Below are positions 17,912 through 27,696 of a DNA stretch of 64,000 nt, in pieces. Position 1 is the first letter of the stretch; each line of letters begins with the position of its first letter. The stretch lies in sequence record MZ475893.1; one strand, 5' to 3'. A program made the translations under genes and the position numbers. Under the pieces are notes generated by a model. The model was not told the DNA's origin. It worked only from the letters and a program-made list of their open reading frames with translations, and did no database searches.

Positions 17912-20900
17912 CTACTGGTATCTGACGGTCAGCACAGAACTGCCGAAAGCACGCGCATTGGTACGATAGATACAGACAATATCTGTCAGGTTATCGTAGA
18001 CTCTGCGACCAACAATCGGTCCTGTTTTACCATCTGATCCCGTTACTGGCCACTGAGCACCATCAAAGCCTAACCACGCACGATTCACGTTACCTGTAGC
18101 ATCAGCAGCAGCGCTGAACACAGGCGTACCGTAATCTTGGCGCACAACAAAGTAACCATATTCCTCTGTCTTAGTTGACAGTACGAACTGGCCACCAGTG
18201 TTAGAGCGCAAGCGCGTAGGCAATTGATCAAGTGCAATGCTTATCGTTGTCAAACCGAAAGGCGCAACACCGAAACGAGGATAGGACGAATACGCTGTCA
18301 TGAAGTGGGTTTGCGTCAAACGCTGTTGCCCTTCAATGTACAGTGCTTTCACACCAAACTTGGTATCGTTGAGCAACGTACCGATAACCAGCTTACCTGT
18401 CTGAGCGTTAATGCTGATACCTTGCACGTCTACAACGTCACCCTTCTCGTTTGTTATTTGCCACAAACATTTGGCGCTAACATCTTCCTTGTCAAACGTA
18501 CCAGTACGGCCGAGCAATGCGCTGATCTGCATCGCGCTATCATCGCGCACGTTAGTATAACCACCCACAGATAAATCTTGAGGGAAGCCTACACCTGGAC
18601 AAACGATTGTCTGTGTCAGGCTTATCGTGGTGCGTTGTTCCGTGATGATACATTCCACTTGAACAGTTTGTGGGTCCTTCGAAGCAGCAAAACTAAACGT
18701 ACCGTCTTGCGCTAAGGTGAATCCAGTAGACGACTTAACAACGTTCCATTGGAATGACACAGAGTTAGCATCAGGCAGAACAGACGAGCCTGTCGCACCA
18801 GAACGCCGTTCATAGTATGCGATAAACTTGTAGTCTTTATTCGGCTCGATGTTTGAAGCAGGGTTCTCGATGGCACCACTAAGGATTGTGTTCAACGTTT
18901 GCAGATTAACAGTACGACTGCTGGTAATCGTTTCATCCACCAGCGAATACGGGTTCTGCTTGGTGAACGTGGCGTTGATTGTAATCAGGCCATCCGACAA
19001 CTGAGACTGACCGATATACAGATGACCGTTAAGCTGATCAATCGATACGCCATCAACGTTGGTGCTTTCTCCAATAGACCACAGTGCGTCTGTTGTTGTC
19101 AGTTCATCATCGGGGTCGATAATGATACGCAGCGAGAACGGAACGAACCAGCGTCCATTCTCGTACCCAACATCAGGGTTACGATCAGACACATCCCACA
19201 CAATATCAGGACCAACGATACCCATCTGACGCAGATACGTGTTAGCCTGTACGAGGAATACAGTCAGCGTCTTTTCAATCTGATATTGGTCGCAGGTATA
19301 ACGCGCACGCAACGTCACAGCACCATTAACGTTCTGGTTAGGTGTGATGTTACCTTCATCGTCGATCACTGCGATTATATCGTCGGTCGGCACAAGCACT
19401 GTCGTATTGTTAGGACCTGCCTGTGTGTAATACTGACCAATGATAGCCCACTCAGCATACTGCTCAAGTTCGAACGTGGTAGGCTTCTCTTCCAGATATG
19501 AACCATCAATCGTTCGCGCTACGCCTCCTGTTTGATACGTGAGTACAAGCGCATAAGACTCGGACAGCACGCCAGCAGAAATCTGAGTAGCACCTTCAAT
19601 GCGACTGTTGATCACATTGTTGATACTCTCTTTAGGCTTAGGCGAAACGATTAGATCAATCTTGTTGCTCACACGGAAGAACGAAGCAATCACCTGAGTG
19701 TACGTCGGATAGAGACACTTACCCGCTTGCAGTATCGCACCATCGTAGAACGTATTCTCCAAATCAGTCAGACTCGCAATGGAGTTGAACATAGGCAGCT
19801 TGGAGACTTTCATCGCACGGAAGTCTTTGTACGACGCAGGCGTTGAGCCTTCTACGATTTCAACAACAGCCATACCGCTATAACGACCAGGCGAGAACTG
19901 TAGGACTTTGTAATCATCTGTGTCTTTATCCGGCCAGTTGCCAGACCACTGTGCGGCAGTAACGTATTCCTGAGTACCATCTGCATAGGTTGCGAGCAAA
20001 CGCACAAAGGTACGTGTGTTCGAGTACAGGGTGTCAGGACATTCGATAGTGATTGAATCCACCAGCGCACGTAACGGGATAAGCTGAATGTCTCGGTAGT
20101 TTACCAGCTCAGTGCCTTCGTATTCATAGTGCATCGTAATGCGTGCAGCACCATGCAAGTCACCTTGGAAGTAAAGCGAGTATTCATCCGACTGACGTTC
20201 CATAATCGGGTCATACACACTGTTGGATGAGGCCGATACGTTCAGCGTTACCCAGCGAGCATAATCAGGATTGTCGGGGTCATACTGCGTTGGGTCCTGA
20301 CCTTGCTCGACAGCTTCCTGTTGCAGCTTGATGGTACGCTCACGCGCTTCTTCCTTGGCGCTCGCACTCGGTACGTACTCTACGCTAACCGATGCAGCGG
20401 CCGCATACACTTGACCGTCGTTCCACAAACATACAGTAGGCAGCATCAACGTGTTACCGTTACCGATAGACGAGGAGCTACGCAGATCCACCTGCTTAGG
20501 AATCATGATGGTGTCATTGATCAAGAACAGGTTCTGGTATGTCTGTGTCGTACCTTCTGTGTAAGCAAAGCACAGAGCATAACGCACAGCATCACCATCA
20601 ACCAGAGGCGCAGTGAACTCACCGCTCTTCGGGTCAACATACGTGAGGGCATGTGTATCGGTCGCTGTGTCTGCACGACTGAACCAGACGCCTTGAACCT
20701 CTGTGTACGCTACCACGATCGAGGGATCACGCGCAGCAATCTGCTCAGGCGTTGCAGCAGCTAACACATACAGTGCCATAGCCTTAGGACGAATGATTGT
20801 GCGCTCGACGATGGTGTCTGGAATAACGAGATCAACAGTCGCAAGCGCAATCTCAGGCGCCTTCATCTTGATCTGACGCACAGCCTGAATAGGAGTGACG

Positions 20901-22438
20901 TCACCGAACTCAGCATACAGCGAGGTCATGTAGTCCTGACGCATCACCTTAGACTTGAGTGTGGACTCTACAATGTCAGTCCATTCAGAGGTAGAGCGGC
21001 ACTGTGCAGAGGAGACCTTAGACGTACCATCGTTGTATGTAACGACATACTTGATAGCTTGGTCCTGCCCTTGAGCAATCTCGTCATCAACAAGAATCTC
21101 CAGATTAACAGGCACAAGGTCTTTGACGCTACGGTTGACAGCAAACTCTTTCGTCTGCGTCATATCAAACTGACCCTGGAAGTCTACCGTGATATCCAGA
21201 GTGGTGTCAGCGTCAACACTAGGCAGTACCAGCGTCGAACCGTTGAACGTACCCAGAGTAGAACTCAGTTTGACCATGCCGCTATCAGTCAGGTCCTTTG
21301 TCTGGCCCGTAGTTTTATACAGACCGTACACTTTGACCTTAGCGCTTGAGTTACCGTACAGGCTGGACGTTTCGATTGCCAGCTCATCTGGGTCAGGCTC
21401 AACGCCAATAGGATAGATGCGACTCTCCAGCACTTGGCTGGTGGTGTTATAGCGCAAAGTAAGGCTAATCGATGTGATAGCAAGAGGCTCATTGAAACGC
21501 ACAGCATTACCATCACGCTCTGCAATCCACGAACTGTCTTCTACCCACACTTCGACTGTTTGTTCTGTGTTGTCGCTATAGCTGATAACAGCACCGAACG
21601 TCATCCACTCACCACCACGAATAAACTCAGGCTGAATGAATGAGATAGCAGACTGCAAAGGACTGCCTACAGTGAAGCGACGAATAGGCTCAATCACTGT
21701 GTGCGCACCGATATAAATCTGCGCTGTCATGTTGATTGCAGCGTACACGCCTTCCAGAACTTCTTCGATAGGCGCCCACTGGTAGAACAGCTCGGAGATG
21801 CGACGATAGAACATTGCACTACGCGCCGTGTACTGCTCAACATCGTTGTTCACAGGGTCAAAGCCAATGTGGTTGTTGAACCAGTCTTCGGCTTCTGTCT
21901 GCGTCAACCCTACTTGCTGTAGCGCATTCACAACATCGGTCTGCGCGTCTTTTGTGATCGTCAGGTCAAGGCCACCGTCAATCAGATGCGCATCGACTTC
22001 AAGATTGACTTTGTTCGTCTTATACCACTGGCCACCATCTTGAATCAAAGCACCAAGAGGCGTAGGCAGGAATGTCTGATAGTCCGCTGTGTACAGACGG
22101 TTAGTATCAAACTGGCCACCCAGCAACAGACCAACAAATTTGTTCCACTGTGTTGTTCCACTGACTTGCTGCCAATCAGGCAGACAATCGATAACACGCT
22201 TTAACGTAGGCAGACGCGCACTCATCAGGTCACGCGTCAAGTTGATGCCTAACTGGCGAATAGATGCAGCCGCCAGTTCATCGTTAGAGTCAGCATTGAT
22301 GCGACGAAGGTCTAACAGTTGTTGAATAGCTGATAGGTTTTGTTCGTCGTTGTGATCATCAAAGATTTGGAACAACTCAGCCCATGCTTCATTCGACTCA
22401 ACAAAGTCGATGTTAAAGGCTATTGAGTTAGTCTTCAC
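17912..22438 (-). CDS. Large baseplate wedge protein (gp7/gpI-like N-terminus, multiple Ig-like domains)
   Basis: 1508 aa directly after the gp6-like gene; repeated A.W.I...GV.I...G.L Ig-type units. Confidence 0.65.
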   Translation of the reverse strand: MKTNSIAFNIDFVESNEAWAELFQIFDDHNDEQNLSAIQQLLDLRRINADSNDELAAASIRQLGINLTRDLMSARLPTLKRVIDCLPDWQQVSGTTQWNKFVGLLLGGQFDTNRLYTADYQTFLPTPLGALIQDGGQWYKTNKVNLEVDAHLIDGGLDLTITKDAQTDVVNALQQVGLTQTEAEDWFNNHIGFDPVNNDVEQYTARSAMFYRRISELFYQWAPIEEVLEGVYAAINMTAQIYIGAHTVIEPIRRFTVGSPLQSAISFIQPEFIRGGEWMTFGAVISYSDNTEQTVEVWVEDSSWIAERDGNAVRFNEPLAITSISLTLRYNTTSQVLESRIYPIGVEPDPDELAIETSSLYGNSSAKVKVYGLYKTTGQTKDLTDSGMVKLSSTLGTFNGSTLVLPSVDADTTLDITVDFQGQFDMTQTKEFAVNRSVKDLVPVNLEILVDDEIAQGQDQAIKYVVTYNDGTSKVSSAQCRSTSEWTDIVESTLKSKVMRQDYMTSLYAEFGDVTPIQAVRQIKMKAPEIALATVDLVIPDTIVERTIIRPKAMALYVLAAATPEQIAARDPSIVVAYTEVQGVWFSRADTATDTHALTYVDPKSGEFTAPLVDGDAVRYALCFAYTEGTTQTYQNLFLINDTIMIPKQVDLRSSSSIGNGNTLMLPTVCLWNDGQVYAAAASVSVEYVPSASAKEEARERTIKLQQEAVEQGQDPTQYDPDNPDYARWVTLNVSASSNSVYDPIMERQSDEYSLYFQGDLHGAARITMHYEYEGTELVNYRDIQLIPLRALVDSITIECPDTLYSNTRTFVRLLATYADGTQEYVTAAQWSGNWPDKDTDDYKVLQFSPGRYSGMAVVEIVEGSTPASYKDFRAMKVSKLPMFNSIASLTDLENTFYDGAILQAGKCLYPTYTQVIASFFRVSNKIDLIVSPKPKESINNVINSRIEGATQISAGVLSESYALVLTYQTGGVARTIDGSYLEEKPTTFELEQYAEWAIIGQYYTQAGPNNTTVLVPTDDIIAVIDDEGNITPNQNVNGAVTLRARYTCDQYQIEKTLTVFLVQANTYLRQMGIVGPDIVWDVSDRNPDVGYENGRWFVPFSLRIIIDPDDELTTTDALWSIGESTNVDGVSIDQLNGHLYIGQSQLSDGLITINATFTKQNPYSLVDETITSSRTVNLQTLNTILSGAIENPASNIEPNKDYKFIAYYERRSGATGSSVLPDANSVSFQWNVVKSSTGFTLAQDGTFSFAASKDPQTVQVECIITEQRTTISLTQTIVCPGVGFPQDLSVGGYTNVRDDSAMQISALLGRTGTFDKEDVSAKCLWQITNEKGDVVDVQGISINAQTGKLVIGTLLNDTKFGVKALYIEGQQRLTQTHFMTAYSSYPRFGVAPFGLTTISIALDQLPTRLRSNTGGQFVLSTKTEEYGYFVVRQDYGTPVFSAAADATGNVNRAWLGFDGAQWPVTGSDGKTGPIVGRRVYDNLTDIVCIYRTNARAFGSSVLTVRYQ

Positions 22439-23898
22439 TGATTCATCTTCCTTTCGCTATAAAGGATATTGACTCGCAGGTTACGCAGCGCAACATACTC
22501 AAGCACGGTGTTAGGAATGATATCCTGAACAGGGCTTGGGATATTGCAGTAGTCCACTTCTGGACGACGCACTGGCTTGTCTGGGTCTGTCCAGTCGTAC
22601 AGCACACGGTCAGTAATGTCAGACAGCGCAAGACGTTTACCCAACATGCCAGGGCGGCGCTCAAACAACTTGAGAACAGACGCTTCCAGCACAGACTGAT
22701 TAGACTCACGCGTACCAGGTGCATCAGCATAAAGCGACACGTCCAGCACACAGTCAATCTGCAACTTGTCTGGGTTCCATGATTGAATATCGAGCGGGCT
22801 GCTGTACTGTGAAAGCCAGTTGAGGAACTTAGTCCACTGTGCAGACGAAGGGTTCGGGTTGATGCCACCCCACGAGCTGGTGTTACGAGGCAGCACACAG
22901 ATACGCACAACGCCTTGCCACTCTTTATCGTTAGGTGCTATCTCTGCTTGTCCCTGAACAACAACGTCAGCAACGTCTGGATAGAGCGCACACGCTGCCT
23001 TCCATTCATCACGACGAATCAGTTTCTTGCGGCTACGACCAACAATCGGGCTGTAGTTGCGATAATACTCAGGAGGAGTTTCATCAGAGCCACCAAGCGC
23101 GGCAGTAGTAGTCTTGCCTTGAAGCTGAGGGTTATCTAAGCACTGCACTTTCAGGCCCATGCTGTCAGTATTACCAGCAGCGCCTACAGCCTTGATGCCC
23201 TGAACTTTCATCGTATAGCCAGCTGGTGGTTTGATTCCCCACTGCTCACCACCAAACTGAATCTCAACGTCACCGCTATCTGTCGTCACATCGAGGAAGA
23301 TCTGTTGTCCAGCATACGCTTCAAACAAACACTTCTCATAGCGCTGATACTCAGTCTTGGTACCAGTAGGATGTTCGAACCAGACACGCAGGTCAGACGT
23401 AAGCTCGAAGTTCTCGGTGCCTAGCGCGACAGTCATGTAGTCATACGGGTTAGTGATCACTTGGCTGAACGTGAACATGCTACCGATAATCAAATCAACT
23501 GTCTTGACTTCGCCTGGTGCCCATTGAGTTACTTCGGACAGGAGAGCCGAGCTATCGCCTACAGTGAATGCCGTATACTTGTCATAACTGACTTTCACAG
23601 CGCTCAGGTTAGCGATGGTGGCACTAACAGTAGACGTTGACTTGCGTCCAATGTCCACACCAAGATAACGGGCGTTGGCTAGGAGGCTTGTATTACGACG
23701 AGCAAGACGACTGAACGCTTCACGCGCTGCAATCAGTGTAGCCCATGAGTTAGACACACCGATATCGCCTAGAGCATCGGCAAGGAGTGCAGTCAATGAA
23801 CTGACTTGACTATCAGTCCAATAAGAAGATTCGTTGATACGCTTGAGGAAGTCTTGTGCAAACTCCTCGTGCGTAGTGTACGTGTTAAGCATGGACAT
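22435..23898 (-). CDS. Baseplate wedge protein (T4 gp6 / baseplate J-like)
   Basis: Motifs SWTDSQVSSL..LLAD, EIQFGG..WGIKP, GGSDET...YR, LIRRDEW (the T..DY-equivalent region). Confidence 0.8.
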   Translation of the reverse strand: MSMLNTYTTHEEFAQDFLKRINESSYWTDSQVSSLTALLADALGDIGVSNSWATLIAAREAFSRLARRNTSLLANARYLGVDIGRKSTSTVSATIANLSAVKVSYDKYTAFTVGDSSALLSEVTQWAPGEVKTVDLIIGSMFTFSQVITNPYDYMTVALGTENFELTSDLRVWFEHPTGTKTEYQRYEKCLFEAYAGQQIFLDVTTDSGDVEIQFGGEQWGIKPPAGYTMKVQGIKAVGAAGNTDSMGLKVQCLDNPQLQGKTTTAALGGSDETPPEYYRNYSPIVGRSRKKLIRRDEWKAACALYPDVADVVVQGQAEIAPNDKEWQGVVRICVLPRNTSSWGGINPNPSSAQWTKFLNWLSQYSSPLDIQSWNPDKLQIDCVLDVSLYADAPGTRESNQSVLEASVLKLFERRPGMLGKRLALSDITDRVLYDWTDPDKPVRRPEVDYCNIPSPVQDIIPNTVLEYVALRNLRVNILYSERKMNQ

Positions 23899-24317
23899 TA
23901 TTGGGCCCTCATGGCAAACGTAACTGACTGCGTGTTTTCCAGTTTAGGACAACGCCAGTTGATGGTACACACATAGGTCTGATCGTACTGAGCGCTCATA
24001 CCACACGTTGTCCGTACATCGGTAACGTCATCAGTCAACCCGTTCGCTGGGTCTTCTAGTGCGATACGCATGTAGGTTGCAATCCACTGCGCGGTCTTAT
24101 CATCAAACGGTTCGAACAGGTATTGATAGACGTCAGCACCAAACGCTTCACGCCATTTACGTGAACGCTTTCTCGTACCAACAACCATCAGAATCTTTTG
24201 GACGATGCTGTCCATGTTCTGAACGTTATCGCGAGGCTCAAGATGAACCCATACGTTAACGTCACAGTAAACACGCTCGGAGACAGGCACGTCAATCAAA
24301 CGAATAGCGATAGCCAT
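23898..24317 (-). CDS. Baseplate protein, gp25/gpW-like
   Basis: SIVQKILMVVGTRKRSR.W...FGADVYQYLFEPFD is the gp25 family signature. Confidence 0.8.
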   Translation of the reverse strand: MAIAIRLIDVPVSERVYCDVNVWVHLEPRDNVQNMDSIVQKILMVVGTRKRSRKWREAFGADVYQYLFEPFDDKTAQWIATYMRIALEDPANGLTDDVTDVRTTCGMSAQYDQTYVCTINWRCPKLENTQSVTFAMRAQ

Positions 24318-24607
24318 TAGCCAAATCTCACGTTGTTGCTGCCATTGGATGCGGTGTCATTGCAAGTATTAGGGTCACCGTTGCGTTGAGCAGGCTTACC
24401 GTTAACACGCACAGTAGAACTGGAGATAGCGTAGCCCACATGCGGTGGTTTCTTAGGTGCGGAGTGTGGTTGATACGCATCACCCTGACGCACGCTTCCC
24501 TTACCGTTGATCATGACATTAGCTGAGGCTTGTACTGCGACAACAGGATAAAACCCGTTATGCCCTGTAGACAGGTCTGCGCCTAACCGAATTGCTTTCT
24601 GGCCCAT
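24317..24607 (-). CDS. PAAR-domain spike tip protein
   Basis: AIRLGADLSTGH...NVMINGKGSVRQGD..H...SSTVRVNGKPAQRNGD...C...GSNNVRFG. Confidence 0.9.
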   Translation of the reverse strand: MGQKAIRLGADLSTGHNGFYPVVAVQASANVMINGKGSVRQGDAYQPHSAPKKPPHVGYAISSSTVRVNGKPAQRNGDPNTCNDTASNGSNNVRFG

Positions 24608-24630
24608 TGTTATTCTCCTCTGTTAGGCAC

Positions 24631-24638
24631 AAATTAGC
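24631..24638 (-). promoter_or_regulatory. Candidate late promoter motif GCTAATTT
   Basis: Between a terminator and the PAAR start (24 nt upstream). Confidence 0.55.
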
Positions 24639-24655
24639 TTTATACGCGACAGAAA

Positions 24656-24688
24656 CAAAAACGGGCAGCCTAATGGCCACCCGGTTCT
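24656..24688 (-). terminator. Intrinsic terminator
   Basis: Minus strand CGGGTGGCC-ATTA-GGCTGCCCG-TTTTTGTTT; same GGGTGGC..GCTGCCC stem family as 44468 and 62513. Confidence 0.75.
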
Positions 24689-24706
24689 TGCGCTTGGATT
24701 TTGTCG

Positions 24707-24868
24707 CTATTCCCACATCCCTCGAACGTGTGCCACTGTGCCCTCAAGCACGTAGCCGGAATGAATAGAGGAAGGATAGACTGCCTGAGGTCCTTCCTGT
24801 AACGATAACAACCGACCAAGCATTGCGATTGCTATCAGCGACAATATGAGCAGTATAATCGTCATCAT
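24707..24868 (-). CDS. Putative 53-aa membrane peptide
   Basis: Translated by hand (below the ORF-track cutoff): MMTIILLILSLIAIAMLGRLLSLQEGPQAVYPSSIHSGYVLEGTVAHVRGMWE; purine-rich upstream (AAGAAGAG); followed by a terminator. Confidence 0.5.
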   Translation of the reverse strand: MMTIILLILSLIAIAMLGRLLSLQEGPQAVYPSSIHSGYVLEGTVAHVRGMWE

Positions 24869-24979
24869 ATCGTCGTTACTCTTCTTTTGGCCGAACGGTA
24901 TTGCATGGTTTGATCAGATTACTCCGCTGCCTATCGTCCACGATCACTTAGGTTTCAGTTTCTTCATCTCTTTACCGCC

Positions 24980-25905
24980 TGCGCTGCGGTCAAGCCGCAC
25001 ACCCTGCACACGAGTCTAACACAAAGGGGCGGAAGAACCTTTATGCTCGAAACATGCACCTGGCGAAGGAGGCCACGCATCGGTGATCTGCTGGTGTTAA
25101 CACACTTTTAAGGCCTTTCTTTTGTGCACCATTCAAGAGACAGGGCCACCAGCTAGTGATCTCTTTAAGGTATTGCACTGACTTGTGAACAAGTCACGGG
25201 TTGAAAACTATACACTTCCATATGCGCATCGGGAGAAACGCATAAGGCTGATGCACAGCTTTGACTAAGAAGGATTGTGCCCGTCGCCCGACTTCACTTG
25301 GGTATCGACAATCGGTCTCTCTTACTCCCTTGAGTACAGCGCAAGGAACACTGAGTCAATGAGTAGTCTGCGGGTGTTTCTCACTAGAGGGTGAAAGCCT
25401 CTTAGATTCTTTATTCTGTACAGCACCTTAGTGGACTGAATCGCCCGCTGGAGCATCCAATAAGGCCCTCTCGGTTAGGCACCTCACTGTACAGAAAACC
25501 CGGGGAGTACGTTACCATATAAAACGACTCTCCCCAATGCATACCAGAGCGACTTGATATGCATCAGGCAGTGAACGTTTGCAGAAGTTCAACTGCTTTG
25601 CTTCCCGCCGAACTAGAGCCACACCGTTGAGTCTACGGTCCACAGTAGTTACATGCCTAGAGGATATTGCCTTGGAGTTTATGTCCTATGGAATAACCGG
25701 GCTCGTCGCGTCGGTGCCACAGCAATATTCTATCATGTGGTGCTGGGGTTGTTCCCCACATTATGCGATTGCTCGCAACCAGCTGGAGGTCTGCGTCCGA
25801 TGAAAAGAATAACTAAGACGCAGATGAGCTTTTCAGAAAAAACGGCACACCAAGAAAATTGGCTAAACTCAGTGTGCGTATAGATATTACTATCTACAAT
25901 TTTTA
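24980..25905 (+). ncRNA. Candidate large structured non-coding RNA (~0.9 kb); boundaries approximate
   Basis: The only long gene-free gap in the window; at least 15 hairpins found by eye, several nested; wobble pairs are almost all G-U on +; GAAA tetraloop at 25393-25396; hairpin plus T-rich tail at 25881-25908. Confidence 0.6.
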
Positions 25906-25924
25906 TTTACAGATTTTTCTGAGA

Positions 25925-27688
25925 TTAGAATGCCTTACGTTCAACATTCGAATAGTACGTTTCGTACGGCTCAGAATACAACTCAGGACCGCGCTGCGCA
26001 CGCACAGTAACATAGCCTGTATGGCGATTCACTGCGGTGATTTCGATAGTAGGCTGTTTAGGCTTAATCGTGCTGTAGATAGGCGCGTTCATCGTTGGTG
26101 GGTCTGTCTGAATCTTGTTTACAGATTGCAGTGCAGCACCAGACAGCGTAGGGAACTTAAAGCGCAATTCAGCACGCGTGCGGCCTGTAGCGATCTTGAT
26201 ACTACCAGCAGGCAGTTCAACGCCGCTCTGTTTCAGGTACGCTGCGATGCGACGACCAATACCCGCCAATTGGTTCTTAGCTACAGGGTCCATCAGACCA
26301 TCGAAGCTAATGGCAGCCGGCGGTTGATTCACTGACAGATGCATACCAGTGTTGAAGTAGCCTTCTGCGAGGAAGCGATACAACTGACGAACAATCTCAG
26401 GAGTGTTCTGTGCGATCACAGGCGTCAACAACTCAGGTGGATTGGTCTTCATCGGGTCGCGGTATTCAACCTGACCTTGTGAGTAACCCATACTGATATG
26501 CTTAACACGCGGATAAGCAGACTGCAACGAACCAGTAGAGCGAATCAGGATAGAGCCAGACTTCGCTTGATCATACAGTTCATCGCTGGTGGTTGTTGAG
26601 AACAGGAAGTAGTCGGTAGGCACAGCCATACGACCGATAGCTTCGATTGCTTTCGTCTGTACTTCTTTGATCGTCGAGCCGAACACTACACGACTGCGAT
26701 TAGGCTGAGCAGTAGACACAGCAAAGAATGCGCCGTACACTACCTTCTGATCTTTGACGATAGGCGAAGCAGACTTAACCTTTTGACCGCCAGGCAGTGG
26801 AGGTAGCTTAACGCCCACCAGCTTGCCTTTAGTGATTGCTTTGTTCGCAACAACAGGCTTCAAGGAAGACAGCAGCTTGTTCAACTCAGACCCGTCAAGA
26901 ATCTTCTCCAGCGGAACAACGAGGTTCTGCGGCAGATAGTGTTTCTTGCGCAACGTATAGATAACGGTGTCTTTCTTGATCTGTAACGGAGTAGCCATGT
27001 TACGACCAGCTTGACCAACAGGCTGGAACGTATTCGCTTTGTCCTGACCAACAGAGCCGAACTCTTTGTCAAACACAGACTGACCGATGATGTTCGCTGC
27101 ACGCAGATGGCCACGCACGTTGAACACAATCTTAGGTTCATCTTTCATGCGCAACTCATAGCGGTCACGCGTCAGATAGACCATGCTGAACTTGTCGCCT
27201 TTTTCCAGCTCAAGGTCATACTCATCGTTAGCGTCATCGATAACAACTTTCTTACCCTGATAGGTAGCGTACACGCGAGCGGCAGCAGATTCCGAAGCAA
27301 TCTTCAACGCTACGCCGCAGTTAGACAGCGCGGCAGCATAGTTGGTTGCGTGGAACAGCGCGTCATTCGATTCCGTGATAGCGACTTCTTTACCGCGTAC
27401 GCCCAGCGCAAGGTGGATAGCGCTAGAGCTGGACATGAACACAGTGTGGCCTGTATCTTCATGCTTACCAGCAAAGGACATACCACTAACACGCGACACA
27501 GACAGCGCATTCAGGTGCGGAGTAGTGAACGTATCACCCGCAGCAAAGTCAAAGATTTCACCTTGACGCCACGCGTAACCGATGTTGTTTGAACTCAAGC
27601 CAACAAACGCATCACCCACCTGTCGAATCGTAGTAGGGATAATGCTGAGATCGCGAACGATCTGATTTTGTTTCTGAATGATGGTCAT
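25925..27688 (-). CDS. Hypothetical protein, probable internal head protein (paralog-domain family)
   Basis: 587 aa; IASESAA motif followed by the ~65-aa domain shared with 40442, 49047 and 56286. Confidence 0.75.
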   Translation of the reverse strand: MTIIQKQNQIVRDLSIIPTTIRQVGDAFVGLSSNNIGYAWRQGEIFDFAAGDTFTTPHLNALSVSRVSGMSFAGKHEDTGHTVFMSSSSAIHLALGVRGKEVAITESNDALFHATNYAAALSNCGVALKIASESAAARVYATYQGKKVVIDDANDEYDLELEKGDKFSMVYLTRDRYELRMKDEPKIVFNVRGHLRAANIIGQSVFDKEFGSVGQDKANTFQPVGQAGRNMATPLQIKKDTVIYTLRKKHYLPQNLVVPLEKILDGSELNKLLSSLKPVVANKAITKGKLVGVKLPPLPGGQKVKSASPIVKDQKVVYGAFFAVSTAQPNRSRVVFGSTIKEVQTKAIEAIGRMAVPTDYFLFSTTTSDELYDQAKSGSILIRSTGSLQSAYPRVKHISMGYSQGQVEYRDPMKTNPPELLTPVIAQNTPEIVRQLYRFLAEGYFNTGMHLSVNQPPAAISFDGLMDPVAKNQLAGIGRRIAAYLKQSGVELPAGSIKIATGRTRAELRFKFPTLSGAALQSVNKIQTDPPTMNAPIYSTIKPKQPTIEITAVNRHTGYVTVRAQRGPELYSEPYETYYSNVERKAF

Positions 27689-27696
27689 ATTGATCC

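Noticed and set aside
25255-25372. GACTA (25263-25267) and TAGTCTGC (25364-25371) resemble group I intron P7
   Set aside because: No canonical bulged G-site geometry on either strand, the J8/7 match is poor, and no interrupted gene flanks it. A cmscan with group I models would settle it.
25020-25600. GGGGCGGAAG start and GTTCAACT suggesting tmRNA or tRNA
   Set aside because: No 5-bp T-stem, no acceptor stem or CCA, and no convincing tag frame; no cloverleaf was found elsewhere in the window.
25790-25830. CCGATGAAAAG inside a stem, hammerhead-like
   Set aside because: Lacks CUGAUGA and the GAAA/UH three-stem core.
25856-25863. GCCAATTT variant suggesting a minus-strand transcript through the gap
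   Set aside because: One mismatch, and the wobble pairs, GAAA loop and T-tail all favour the + strand. Kept only as an alternative to test.
25579-25883. + strand ORFs of 74 and 76 aa in the gap
   Set aside because: No clear RBS, Cys/Trp-rich non-protein-like composition, mutually overlapping, and they run across strong hairpins.
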